A stretch of 64,000 nucleotides of DNA from Bacteroidota bacterium (GTDB lineage Bacteria > Bacteroidota > Bacteroidia > Sphingobacteriales > Sphingobacteriaceae), in NCBI GenBank assembly GCA_040389105.1, contig JAZKAO010000029.1:390-64389 (forward strand), given 5' to 3'. The position numbers were made by a program, and so were the translations under genes. Shown in pieces: positions 27,887 through 37,399 of this stretch; position 1 is the first letter of the stretch, and every line of letters starts with the position of its first letter. The notes under the pieces are model-generated. The model saw only the letters and a list, made by a program, of their open reading frames with translations, was not told the DNA's origin and searched no databases.

Positions 27887-29674
27887 TTAGCTATTCTCTG
27901 CTTCTTCTAATAACTGTTTTTCATACAGTTCAAAATAGCTGCCTTTTAGTTGCATTAGGCTATTGTGGGTGCCCTGCTCAATAATTTGACCCTGGTCCAT
28001 CACCAGTATTTTGTCGGCATTTTTTATGGTTGATATGCGGTGGGCAATAATAATACTTGTTTTTCCATGCATAATATGGCCCAGGTTGTTCAATATTTCT
28101 TCTTCGGTACGGGTATCAACAGCCGATAAGCAATCGTCAAATATTAAAACCTGCGGCTGCTTAACAATAGCCCTGGCTATAGATACACGCTGTTTTTGCC
28201 CGCCCGATAAGGTGATGCCCCGTTCGCCAATCATGGTTTCAAAACCATTTTCAAACTCCATAATATTATCATATACGGCGGCATTCTTAGCGGCTTGCTT
28301 TACAACCGGCATATTTAATATATCGGCGCTAAAGGCAATATTATTGGCAATCGTATCCGAAAATAAAAATACTTCCTGCGGTACAAACCCAATTTGCGAT
28401 CGGTAATGCCCAAGGTTTTGCAGGTGCAGGGGTAACCTGTCTATCTCAATGTTACCGCCGGTACAATCGTACATGCGCATAATCAGGTTAGCTATGGTAG
28501 ATTTGCCCGAGCCTGTACGGCCAATAATAGCCACCATTTGCCCTGGTTCGGCCGTGAAAGATATGTTTTTTAAGGCCTGTATGCCCGTATCGGGATAAAT
28601 AAAGGATACATTATTAAAGTTGATCTGCCCATTTATTACCCGCTCTTCGCTGTTAATGGATACAATCTCGGGCTTGGTATGCAAAAATTCGTTTATCCGC
28701 TTTTGCGATGCCGCCGCGCGTTGTATAAGTGATGTAACCCAGCCTAATGATATTACCGGGAACATCAACTGGTTAAGATAAACAATAAATTCGGCCACGT
28801 TGCCGGGGGTAACGGTGCCTTTCATTACCTCTACACCGCCCACATATATTACTATGATGTTACTAATGCCAATCAGCAACAGCATCATGGGGTAAAACAA
28901 AGCCTGCACCTGCACAAGTGCCATAGATTGTGTTTTGTAGCCCTCGCTTTCCTTGGCAAAGCTTTCCTGCACAAATTTTTCGCGTACATACGATTTGATG
29001 ACCCTGATGCCCGAAAAATTCTCCTGCACAAAACCTGATAACGACGATAGCCGCTCCTGGATCTTTTCGCTGCGCGAGTTAATGATGTTATTTACATAAT
29101 AAATGCTGATCACCAATATGGGCATGGGTAAAATAGAGAAGATAGCCAGGCGCACATTTACGGTAAGCATGGCATATATTACCATTATAAAAAGCACAAC
29201 GGTATTAATGGTATACATAATGCCCGGCCCCAGGTACATGCGCACCCGGCTTACATCCTCGGTTACGCGGTTCATCAGGTCGCCGGTATTGTGGCGGCGG
29301 TAAAAGGCAAGCGATAGGTCCTGGTAGTGGCTGTAAATCTCGTTCTTTAAATCGTACTCAATATGGCGCGACATTAATATTAATGTTTGCCGCATAAAAA
29401 ACAGGAACATGCCCCTTAATAAGGCCAAAACCAGTACCAGTAAGCCAAATAACATCAGGCTGTGGCCAAAAATAGTGTAGATGACACCTTGCCTTTCAAA
29501 GCCGTTAAACAGGTGATAAGTGCCAATATTATCGGTAACTAAATTAAAGGCAATACGGATCACCTGCGCGGGCAATACGCCAAATATGTTGGAAATGATA
29601 ACAAACAATATACCCGGCAGCAGGCGCCAGCGGTACTTCCACAGGAATTTATTTAGATATGCAAGGTCTTTCAT
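27887..29674 (-). CDS. ABC exporter, fused permease/ATP-binding protein
   Basis: TM domain plus Walker A GRTGSGKS, LSGGQKQR, Walker B LIFDD. Confidence 0.95.
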   Translation of the reverse strand: MKDLAYLNKFLWKYRWRLLPGILFVIISNIFGVLPAQVIRIAFNLVTDNIGTYHLFNGFERQGVIYTIFGHSLMLFGLLVLVLALLRGMFLFFMRQTLILMSRHIEYDLKNEIYSHYQDLSLAFYRRHNTGDLMNRVTEDVSRVRMYLGPGIMYTINTVVLFIMVIYAMLTVNVRLAIFSILPMPILVISIYYVNNIINSRSEKIQERLSSLSGFVQENFSGIRVIKSYVREKFVQESFAKESEGYKTQSMALVQVQALFYPMMLLLIGISNIIVIYVGGVEVMKGTVTPGNVAEFIVYLNQLMFPVISLGWVTSLIQRAAASQKRINEFLHTKPEIVSINSEERVINGQINFNNVSFIYPDTGIQALKNISFTAEPGQMVAIIGRTGSGKSTIANLIMRMYDCTGGNIEIDRLPLHLQNLGHYRSQIGFVPQEVFLFSDTIANNIAFSADILNMPVVKQAAKNAAVYDNIMEFENGFETMIGERGITLSGGQKQRVSIARAIVKQPQVLIFDDCLSAVDTRTEEEILNNLGHIMHGKTSIIIAHRISTIKNADKILVMDQGQIIEQGTHNSLMQLKGSYFELYEKQLLEEAENS

Positions 29675-29680
29675 TTATAA

Positions 29681-29827
29681 AAGTCCGGATTCCGAAAGAC
29701 CGGAAGACCGAAAGTCAAAGATAGGGGATTAGTCCGGAAGTCCGAAAAACCGGAAGACCGGAAGCCGAATAAAACGCCGTGTATGACAATGCACTTACCG
29801 ACTTCCGGTCTTCCGGACTTACCGGCT
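29681..29827. repeat. Cluster of GTCCGGAAG/GACCGGAAG tandem units with inverted counterpart
   Basis: Forward runs at 29681-29715 and 29731-29767; inverted run CCGACTTCCGGTCTTCCGGACTT near 29798-29820. Confidence 0.85.
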
Positions 29828-29839
29828 AAACAAAAAACA

Positions 29840-29870
29840 TTTGCTTCCATCAAAAAAACACCTACTTTTG
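29840..29870 (+). promoter_or_regulatory. Bacteroidetes sigma70 promoter (-33 TTTG, -7 TACTTTTG)
   Basis: TTTG 29840-29843, 19 nt spacer, TACTTTTG 29863-29870. Confidence 0.7.
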
Positions 29871-29894
29871 TCGCCACAACACCACCGTATCGTA

Positions 29895-30983
29895 ATGCCT
29901 GTACCTAATACATCAGATCTTTCCATATTTAGCCAGCTTACAGATTACGGGCATCAAAAAATAGTGTTTTGTAACGACCCCGATACCGGGCTCAAAGCCA
30001 TCATCGCCATTCACGATACTACATTAGGCCCTGCCCTTGGCGGTACCCGCATGTGGGCCTATAAAAACGAGCGCGACGCGCTGAACGATGTGCTGCGCCT
30101 GTCTAAAACCATGACTTATAAAGCATCCATCGCCGGTTTAAACCTGGGTGGTGGCAGCGCTGTTATTATTGGCGACGCGCGAAAGGATAAAACCGAGGCA
30201 CTAATGCGCAAATTTGGCCGTTTTATAAAGAATTTGAACGGAGAATTTATCACAGCCGAAGATATGGGCACCAACCCGCGCGATATGGAATACATCCGTA
30301 TGGAAACGCAGCACGTTACCGGTTACCCGGAAACCATTGGCGGCAGCGGCGATCCCTCGCCTATTACGGCCAGGGGTGTTTTTATGGGGATAAAGGCTTG
30401 TGTAAAGGAATTATATGGTAACGATACGCTGGCAGGCCGGTCGGTAATTGTACAAGGTGTAGGCCATGTAGGCGAAACCCTGGTGCGTTTACTGCGCGAT
30501 GAAAACACCAAAGTATACGTAAGCGATATTAACGAAGAGCGGGTAGGGCAAGTATCTAAAAAGTACGGTGCGCAACCGGTATCAAACAATAATATTTTTG
30601 ATATCGACGCCGATATTTACGCGCCATGCGCTTTAGGTGCTACTATTAATACCAGTACTATTAAAAAACTGAAATGCGCTATTATAGCCGGATCGGCCAA
30701 TAACCAGTTGGAAGACGAAGCCATACATGGCCGTATGTTGCTGGATAAGGGTGTATTACTGGCACCCGATTACGTGATAAATGCCGGCGGCCTGATTAAT
30801 TGCTATAGCGAACTGATGGGCTTTAGCCGCAAGCGTACGCTGCAGTTAACCGAAAATATTTACGATGCTACACGCAGCATTTTAAAATTATCGAAGGGCG
30901 AAAATATCCCTACTATTGAAGCTGCGAATAAAATAGCCGAGAAAAGAATAGCCGATATTAAAAAAATTAAAACATCATACTAA
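29895..30983 (+). CDS. Glu/Leu/Phe/Val dehydrogenase family protein (LeuDH-like), catalytic Lys replaced by Ser
   Basis: GPALGGTRMW, MTYK, GLNLGGGSAVII, ITAEDMG, QGVGHVG, LAPDYVINAGG; promoter supports ATG 29895. Confidence 0.9.
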   Translation: MPVPNTSDLSIFSQLTDYGHQKIVFCNDPDTGLKAIIAIHDTTLGPALGGTRMWAYKNERDALNDVLRLSKTMTYKASIAGLNLGGGSAVIIGDARKDKTEALMRKFGRFIKNLNGEFITAEDMGTNPRDMEYIRMETQHVTGYPETIGGSGDPSPITARGVFMGIKACVKELYGNDTLAGRSVIVQGVGHVGETLVRLLRDENTKVYVSDINEERVGQVSKKYGAQPVSNNNIFDIDADIYAPCALGATINTSTIKKLKCAIIAGSANNQLEDEAIHGRMLLDKGVLLAPDYVINAGGLINCYSELMGFSRKRTLQLTENIYDATRSILKLSKGENIPTIEAANKIAEKRIADIKKIKTSY

Positions 30984-31029
30984 TAAATTAATTATACAAA
31001 GGATTTAATTCCTTAAAATCGTTCTTACC

Positions 31030-31980
31030 ATGTTAAATAGAAGGCACCTTAGGGTAAAAGTATTACAGGCGTTATACGCGTATCATCAATCCGATTCGAA
31101 AGATGTTAAGTACCACGAGAAACAATTGCTGCAAAGCATTGATAAGGTGTACGAAATGTATATCTGGATGCTGTCCCTCGTTTCGGAAGTGATTGATTAC
31201 TCGGCAAACGATGCCGAAGAGCGTGCCAACAAACACCTGCCTACTGCCGATGACCTGAAACCTAACCTGAAGATACTTGAAAACAGGTTTATTACATCGT
31301 TAAAGCAAAATGCCGAATACATTACAGCAGTAAAAAGATACAAGATCTCGTGGGATTTTGATCCCGAATTGGCCCGTGCCTTATTCAATATCCTAAAAAA
31401 CTCGGACGAGTATAAAGAGTACCTGCAAAAAACCGACGATACCATATCAACCGATAAGGATATTATTAAGTTCATCTTTAAAAAAGTGATCCTGAAATCA
31501 TCATTAGCCGAGCAGGTTTTTGAAGATATGTTCATTTTTTGGCCGGTAGATAAGGATGTATTGCAGGCCCTGATTGCCAAAACATTCAAAAACTTCGCCT
31601 ATGATGAGCCTAAGCAAAATAAACTGGCCGAAGTAACCGGTAACTGGGTAGAAGACCGCGATTTTATTGTAGACCTGTTTACAAAAGCCATCCGTTACGA
31701 TACGCCATACCAGGAATTGATCAATACCAAAACCCAAAACTGGGAACCCGAGCGTATTGCCATGATGGATACCCTGCTGATGAAAATGGGGATTACCGAG
31801 TTTATTAACTTTAATTCGGTACCCGTAAAAGTAACCATAAACGAGTACCTGGAAATAGCCAAGGAATTTAGTACGCCTAAAAGTAATTCGTTTATAAACG
31901 GTATATTAGACAAAATTTTGTCGGAGCTTAAAACAGAGAACAAGATTAAGAAAATTGGCCGCGGTTTAATAGAAGAATAA
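31030..31980 (+). CDS. nusB: Transcription antitermination factor NusB (long Bacteroidetes form)
   Basis: MLNRRHLRVKVLQALY; C-terminal PVKVTINEYLEIAKEFS..KS..FINGILD. Confidence 0.95.
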   Translation: MLNRRHLRVKVLQALYAYHQSDSKDVKYHEKQLLQSIDKVYEMYIWMLSLVSEVIDYSANDAEERANKHLPTADDLKPNLKILENRFITSLKQNAEYITAVKRYKISWDFDPELARALFNILKNSDEYKEYLQKTDDTISTDKDIIKFIFKKVILKSSLAEQVFEDMFIFWPVDKDVLQALIAKTFKNFAYDEPKQNKLAEVTGNWVEDRDFIVDLFTKAIRYDTPYQELINTKTQNWEPERIAMMDTLLMKMGITEFINFNSVPVKVTINEYLEIAKEFSTPKSNSFINGILDKILSELKTENKIKKIGRGLIEE

Positions 31981-31981
31981 G

Positions 31982-32401
31982 ATGAAAACATTACTCATTG
32001 CCCTCCTTTCATTAAGTGTACTAACTGCCTGCAATAACGGCAGCTCAAAACCAATAGCAAGTGCAGCCCTCACTAAGGATAACGCGCCGGTAATTAAATT
32101 TGATAGCGAAGCCTTTGATTTTGGCAAGATAAAAACCGGCGATAAGGTTACGCACGAGTATAAGTTTAAAAACGAGGGTAAATCGCCCTTGATTATCAGC
32201 GATAGCTATGCTACCTGCGGCTGTACCAAGCCCGAGTGGCCGCACACCCCCATAAAACCGGGCGAGAGCGGCACGATAAAGGTTACCTTTAGCAGCGAAG
32301 GCAAATCGGGTTTGCAGGATAAGCAAGTTACCGTAGTAGCTAACACCCTGCCGGCAAACACAGTTGTACACCTGGTAGGCGAAGTAATAGAAAAGAAATA
32401 A
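31982..32401 (+). CDS. DUF1573 domain lipoprotein
   Basis: Lipobox LTAC; FDFGKI, ATCGCT, IKPGESG.I.V.F. Confidence 0.9.
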   Translation: MKTLLIALLSLSVLTACNNGSSKPIASAALTKDNAPVIKFDSEAFDFGKIKTGDKVTHEYKFKNEGKSPLIISDSYATCGCTKPEWPHTPIKPGESGTIKVTFSSEGKSGLQDKQVTVVANTLPANTVVHLVGEVIEKK

Positions 32402-32417
32402 TTTTTTAAATAATAGA

Positions 32418-32744
32418 ATGATAGCAACAGTTGTATTACAAGCCGCCAGCGGCTTGGGTAGTTTTAGCGGTATTGTACCAATGATATTGATTATTGTGGT
32501 ATTTTACTTTTTCATGATCCGTCCACAGGTTAAAAAGCAAAAGGACCAAAAGAAATACGTTGACGAATTGAAAATAGGAGATAAGGTAGTTACCACCGCG
32601 GGTATCCACGGTAAAATAGCCACCATAACCGATCTTTATTTTTTAGTTGAGGTTGATAATAACGTAAAGATCAAATTTGATAGATCGGCCATTTCGCTCG
32701 AATCATCAAAGGCATTGAACACACCGGTGGTCGAAAAAAAATAA
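32418..32744 (+). CDS. yajC: Preprotein translocase subunit YajC
   Basis: FYFFMIRPQ.KKQK, GDKVVTTAGIHG. Confidence 0.96.
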   Translation: MIATVVLQAASGLGSFSGIVPMILIIVVFYFFMIRPQVKKQKDQKKYVDELKIGDKVVTTAGIHGKIATITDLYFLVEVDNNVKIKFDRSAISLESSKALNTPVVEKK

Positions 32745-32765
32745 CAGGCACACCACACGATATTT

Positions 32766-32800
32766 AATGCCGTTCAATTTATCTTTAATTGAACGGCATT
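32766..32800 (+). terminator. Intrinsic terminator after yajC
   Basis: 14 bp stem AATGCCGTTCAATT / AATTGAACGGCATT followed by a T-rich tail. Confidence 0.75.
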
Positions 32801-32831
32801 TTATTTTTATTAAAGTACAAATACACCAACA

Positions 32832-33776
32832 ATGGCTATTATTAAACTCTCGGCAATAGAACGCAGGCGGATGTCGGTGTTTATGACCTGCCTTGTGCTG
32901 GCCATTGTAGCCTGGGTATTTGTGTCGCTCTCAAACGATCACCGTTATGTGATTAAACAGGTGGTCAACTTTAAAAATGCCCCGCAAAAACGGGCGTTCC
33001 ATTCCCTGCAATCCGATACGGTAGATGTAACCATGCATGGTACAGGCTGGCAAATGCTGTTCTCTAAAATGAAATCGGCCAACAAACCGATAGATATAGA
33101 CCTGCGTACGCTGGAGAACAAGAATTTTGTGGTGCTAAATAACCAGATAAAGCAAATTAACGCCGGCAGGGATTCGGCCAATTATGTCATCTCCATTAAT
33201 CCCGATACCCTGTATTTTGATTTTACCAGCCGCATGGTAAAGCGTGTGCCGGTAAAGCTAATGCTATCTATCAACTACCAGCAAAGGTTTTCCCTGTCCG
33301 ATCGTATTAACATTAAGCCCGCCTACATCACCATTAGCGGCCCTGCAAACCGCATAGACCGGATAAACGAATGGCCTACCGACTCGTTAAAACTACATGG
33401 CATTAACGAAAGCTATAGCACGCGCCTTAACCTGCGCCCTGTAAATGATGGCAGTATGGTGATCTACCCAAAGGCGGTTGAAGTGCGCATCCCGGTTGAT
33501 GAATTTACCGAAAAAACCATGGAGATACCGGTAAAGCTGATCAACCATAATTACGATAACGTAAAGATCTTCCCGCAAAAAATAAAGGTAACGTTTACAG
33601 TTTCCCTGAATAAGTATGCCGAAACCGATGAGGATTTTTTTGAAGCTACCGCCGATTTAGACCTGTGGCGCGATAAAGGCTATACCACCTTGCCTGTAAA
33701 ACTGACACGCCAGCCTGCATTCTGTAAAATAGTAAGCATCGAACCCCGTAGTATTGATTTTATTGTAAAAAAGTAA
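32832..33776 (+). CDS. YbbR/CdaR-like domain membrane protein
   Basis: Single N-terminal TM; repeated VPV/IPV...P..I.V.G YbbR-type beta repeats; sits before coaE. Confidence 0.75.
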   Translation: MAIIKLSAIERRRMSVFMTCLVLAIVAWVFVSLSNDHRYVIKQVVNFKNAPQKRAFHSLQSDTVDVTMHGTGWQMLFSKMKSANKPIDIDLRTLENKNFVVLNNQIKQINAGRDSANYVISINPDTLYFDFTSRMVKRVPVKLMLSINYQQRFSLSDRINIKPAYITISGPANRIDRINEWPTDSLKLHGINESYSTRLNLRPVNDGSMVIYPKAVEVRIPVDEFTEKTMEIPVKLINHNYDNVKIFPQKIKVTFTVSLNKYAETDEDFFEATADLDLWRDKGYTTLPVKLTRQPAFCKIVSIEPRSIDFIVKK

Positions 33777-34369
33777 TGTTTAAAGTAGGCATAACGGGCA
33801 ATATAGGGAGTGGCAAAACCACTATCAGCAAAATTTTTGAATTGCTGGGTGTCCCCGTATTTTATGCAGACGATCATGCCAAAAACGTAATGGTGCGCGA
33901 TGCCGACCTGATAGCCGGTATTAAGGCAACTTTCGGTAACGAATCTTATTTCGATGATGGATCGCTTAACCGCAAGCATATAGCCGGTATTGTTTTTAAT
34001 AATGATGCCGAACTGATCAAGCTAAACGCGCTGGTGCATCCGGCTACTTTCCGTGCCTTTGATGCCTGGCTGGCCTTGCAAAAGGATGTACCTTATGTAA
34101 TGAAGGAGGCCGCGCTGCTATTCGAAAGCGATTCGTATAAAATGTGCGACCGTACGGTGATGGTTACCGCGCCGCTGGAATTACGGATGAAGCGCATCCT
34201 GCAACGCGATAACATTACCCGTACCGAAGCCGAAAGCCGTAACGCCAAACAGTTTACCGAAGAAAAAAAGATTAGCCTGGCTAACGATCTGATCCGCAAT
34301 GATGATACCCAGCTGGTTATCCCGCAAGTACTGGCTTTGCACCAGTTGTACCTATCTTTAAGTAAATGA
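33776..34369 (+). CDS. coaE: Dephospho-CoA kinase
   Basis: VGITGNIGSGKTT, FYADDHAK, LNALVHP, KEAALLFE. Confidence 0.97.
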   Translation: MFKVGITGNIGSGKTTISKIFELLGVPVFYADDHAKNVMVRDADLIAGIKATFGNESYFDDGSLNRKHIAGIVFNNDAELIKLNALVHPATFRAFDAWLALQKDVPYVMKEAALLFESDSYKMCDRTVMVTAPLELRMKRILQRDNITRTEAESRNAKQFTEEKKISLANDLIRNDDTQLVIPQVLALHQLYLSLSK

Positions 34370-35304
34370 TCCTCGACGATTTTATTCATTTCAATGCTAC
34401 CGGGCTTTATTGCCCTTACGGGGATTTTTATCTCGATCCGCAGCAGCCGGTAAAAAACGCGGTGATTTCCCACGCCCATGGCGATCATGCGGTGAGCGGG
34501 AACGCAGATGTGTACTGTACCGCTGCTACGCATCAGTTTATGCTGATCCGTTATGGGAAAAATGCGGGCAAGACATTTCATTTGGCGGGCTTCCACCAAG
34601 CTTTTAGCGTTGGTAAGGTGAATATCATACTGATACCTGCCGGCCATATACTGGGTTCGGCACAGGTACTGATGGAATACGAGGGTATTAAATACCTTTA
34701 TACCGGCGATTATAAGCTACAACCCGATGCCACCTGCGAGCCTTATGAATTTGTACAGGCCGATGTGCTGATTACCGAAAGTACCTTTGCCAACCCCGAA
34801 ACCAGTCACCCCGACCCCGTTGAAGAGGTGAAGAAGATGGGGGATATTAAAATGAATATCCTGCTGGGAGCTTATGGCCTGGGTAAAAGCCAGCGACTGA
34901 TACGGATGATCAACGATATCATCCCACAGAAAAAGGTCCTGGTACATCATCGCATTATGCCCCTTAACCAGGTTTACGAAAAGATGGGCTTCCCTTTGGG
35001 AAAGCATCAACTGTACGGTCGGAAACTGATGAAAAACCAGGACGAGTATGTGTACATTGTGCCGCCCTTTACCTTCGATAGTTATTTTAAGGCCACAGGG
35101 GTGAAGCGCCTGTTTGCATCGGGCTGGAAAAATTTGCAGGTGAACGAACAGGATACCCTAATGCTATCGGACCATGCCGACTGGAACGATATTTTGCAGG
35201 TGGTTAACCATACACAGCCTAAACAATTGTGGACATTACACGGCGATGGGAAACATTTGGCAACACACTATCGTAATACTATTTTTGTAAAAATGTTAGC
35301 TTAA
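34366..35304 (+). CDS. MBL-fold beta-CASP exonuclease-like protein
   Basis: ISHAHGDH, AGHILGS, YTGDYK, ITESTF, LSDHADW, LHG. Confidence 0.85.
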   Translation: MILDDFIHFNATGLYCPYGDFYLDPQQPVKNAVISHAHGDHAVSGNADVYCTAATHQFMLIRYGKNAGKTFHLAGFHQAFSVGKVNIILIPAGHILGSAQVLMEYEGIKYLYTGDYKLQPDATCEPYEFVQADVLITESTFANPETSHPDPVEEVKKMGDIKMNILLGAYGLGKSQRLIRMINDIIPQKKVLVHHRIMPLNQVYEKMGFPLGKHQLYGRKLMKNQDEYVYIVPPFTFDSYFKATGVKRLFASGWKNLQVNEQDTLMLSDHADWNDILQVVNHTQPKQLWTLHGDGKHLATHYRNTIFVKMLA

Positions 35305-35305
35305 A

Positions 35306-35467
35306 ATGCTGCAGGAAAATATTGATTATTATATAAACGAAGATGGTAACTTTGTATTTACCCGCGAGTATCATTTAAAGCGTGGATATTGCTGTAAAAA
35401 CAAATGCCTGCATTGCCCCTGGGATTACGGAAAGCCCAAGCAAAACACCGACGAGGAACATAAATAA
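35306..35467 (+). CDS. DUF5522 family small Cys-rich protein (53 aa)
   Basis: Not in the ORF track. Manual translation MLQENIDYYINEDGNFVFTREYHLKRGYCCKNKCLHCPWDY... Confidence 0.8.
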   Translation: MLQENIDYYINEDGNFVFTREYHLKRGYCCKNKCLHCPWDYGKPKQNTDEEHK

Positions 35468-35501
35468 CCTGCCATAGCGTTTGTTATTATTAAATGGAAT
35501 T

Positions 35502-35951
35502 ATGCAAATAGATCAAGAAATACAAAGCACCAAGTTTGATGATAACTACCATAAGGTTATCATCAATATTTCTTATACCTATGGCTGGATAACCAACGCC
35601 ACGCGCGAGAATTTTGAGAAATATAACCTCACTACCCAACAATTCAATATCCTGCGCATATTAAGGGGGCAATATCCTTGCCCGGCTACCATTAACCTGT
35701 TAAAGGAGCGGATGATAGACAAAATGTCGGACGCGTCGCGCATTGTGGACCGTTTGATTCAAAAAGGCATGGTATCGCGCTGTACCAACAAACAGGATCG
35801 CCGCGCGGTAGATATCCGCATTAGCGATATGGGTTTAGAAACCCTATCTAAAATGGATGAAGAATTTAAATCAAAAGACCTGCTGAAAAGTAACCTGACC
35901 GAGGAAGAGGCCGGGCAATTGAGTGATCTGCTGGATAAGCTGAGGGGCTAA
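35502..35951 (+). CDS. MarR family transcriptional regulator
   Basis: LTTQQFNILRILRG, SRIVDRL, DRRAVDI.I. Confidence 0.92.
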   Translation: MQIDQEIQSTKFDDNYHKVIINISYTYGWITNATRENFEKYNLTTQQFNILRILRGQYPCPATINLLKERMIDKMSDASRIVDRLIQKGMVSRCTNKQDRRAVDIRISDMGLETLSKMDEEFKSKDLLKSNLTEEEAGQLSDLLDKLRG

Positions 35952-35968
35952 ATTAGCAGCCGTTTTTG

Positions 35969-36664
35969 TTAGGCATCGTTAATGGCGTAATCAAATAATC
36001 GCCGGGTTATTTCATTATCTGATGGTTTTGTCGCCAGGCTGCTTACAAAATCATTAATAAATTCTTTCACTACAGCTACTTCTAAAAGATAAAAGTAGTG
36101 TTGCCCATCAATAATTATCATAGTCCCTTCTGACGCTACTCGTTCGTCTTCAATTAAAACTATACCTGAATGAATATCAATCTTGCCTCTTTGAAAAATG
36201 ACTAAGCTGTCATCAATATTTTCAATGCTTTTAACAACGTCGATAAGTTTTTGTCCTTTTTCATAAGACTTTCTTTCATTCAATTTAATCATCAAGTCGT
36301 TTTCAAAATCTCGTAATCCGGTAGAAACGTTGTTCTTAGCAGGATTAACAAAATTATTTGATTCGATATACTTTAAAAAATTATCATCAATCGTCATTCG
36401 TGGATATTCTTTAAGATATTGGATAAAATAGTTAGGCCATACCCAGGTACCGTCTGTTAAATAACTGGCTGGGCATAATGGTTGTTGTGTTTCAATGTGC
36501 AGGTTATATCCCATCCAGGCAACCACTAATTCACCGCCTTCTAAATATTGAATGATCTTTTGACGTATAGTGTCTTCTTCGGTAGCTGTTTTATTAAAAA
36601 AGTCATCGAAGCGTTTTGCTTCAGGCAAATCATCATGTTCTTTAATAAAGCCAATGAGTTTCAT
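35969..36664 (-). CDS. AT-rich hypothetical protein, apparent fusion of two immunity-like domains
   Basis: N-half has the LTDGTWVWP motif; C-half starts at Met125 and ends YAINDA; codon usage differs from the neighbours. Confidence 0.6.
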   Translation of the reverse strand: MKLIGFIKEHDDLPEAKRFDDFFNKTATEEDTIRQKIIQYLEGGELVVAWMGYNLHIETQQPLCPASYLTDGTWVWPNYFIQYLKEYPRMTIDDNFLKYIESNNFVNPAKNNVSTGLRDFENDLMIKLNERKSYEKGQKLIDVVKSIENIDDSLVIFQRGKIDIHSGIVLIEDERVASEGTMIIIDGQHYFYLLEVAVVKEFINDFVSSLATKPSDNEITRRLFDYAINDA

Positions 36665-36676
36665 AAGGTAAGGTAT

Positions 36677-37399
36677 TTATATTTCCGATAAAAACCCACC
36701 CAGCGCAATCCCAACACCCAATAATACCGCGATCATCTTCCGCATATTAAATTTATGATCGGCGCTCGATTCGAACAGGATCGTTGTTGATATATGCAGG
36801 AAGATCCCAATCACTACGCCCATTATCCGGTTAAAATAATGTTGCAGGTTGCCAATGCCACCACTGCTTAATGCCGAACTGAAAAAGTAACCGGCCGGTG
36901 CCATTATGGCAAACATAAAAAGGTAAAATATAGTGCCACCCTTTTTGATATTACTGGAGAGCAGCACGCTACCCAAAGCAAAAGCCGCCGGGATATGGTG
37001 CAGGGCTATGCCAAATACCAGTTGGTTTTGCTGACCCTCGGCAAGGGGCATACCCTCTAAAAAGGCATGAAGGCATAAACTCACCATAATCCCCAAAGGG
37101 AAAATAACCTGATCGTGCGCGTGGGAATGTGTGTGGATGTGCCCATGCTCAATACCGTCCGAAAATTGTTCTAAAACAATTTGAAACAGGAACCCAATGA
37201 GGATGAACACACCAACTAAGTTATCGTTACCGTGATAAGCATCGGGTATAAGGTGCAGCACCGTAATGCCAAACAGGTAAGCCCCGCTAAAGGATAGTAC
37301 CAGCTTTAATTGTTTATGATTGCCCCCCTTAAACAGGAACACCGAGATACCACCGCCAAACGCGGCTAAAAATAAAATGATAATTTTCCAGGCTGCCAT
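36677..37399 (-). CDS. ZIP family metal transporter
   Basis: HGHIHTHSHAH loop, LHAFLEG, ALHHIP. Confidence 0.92.
   Translation of the reverse strand: MAAWKIIILFLAAFGGGISVFLFKGGNHKQLKLVLSFSGAYLFGITVLHLIPDAYHGNDNLVGVFILIGFLFQIVLEQFSDGIEHGHIHTHSHAHDQVIFPLGIMVSLCLHAFLEGMPLAEGQQNQLVFGIALHHIPAAFALGSVLLSSNIKKGGTIFYLFMFAIMAPAGYFFSSALSSGGIGNLQHYFNRIMGVVIGIFLHISTTILFESSADHKFNMRKMIAVLLGVGIALGGFLSEI

Noticed and set aside
29681-29827. Repeat clusters as a CRISPR array
   Set aside because: No constant repeat with unique equal-length spacers, and no cas genes.
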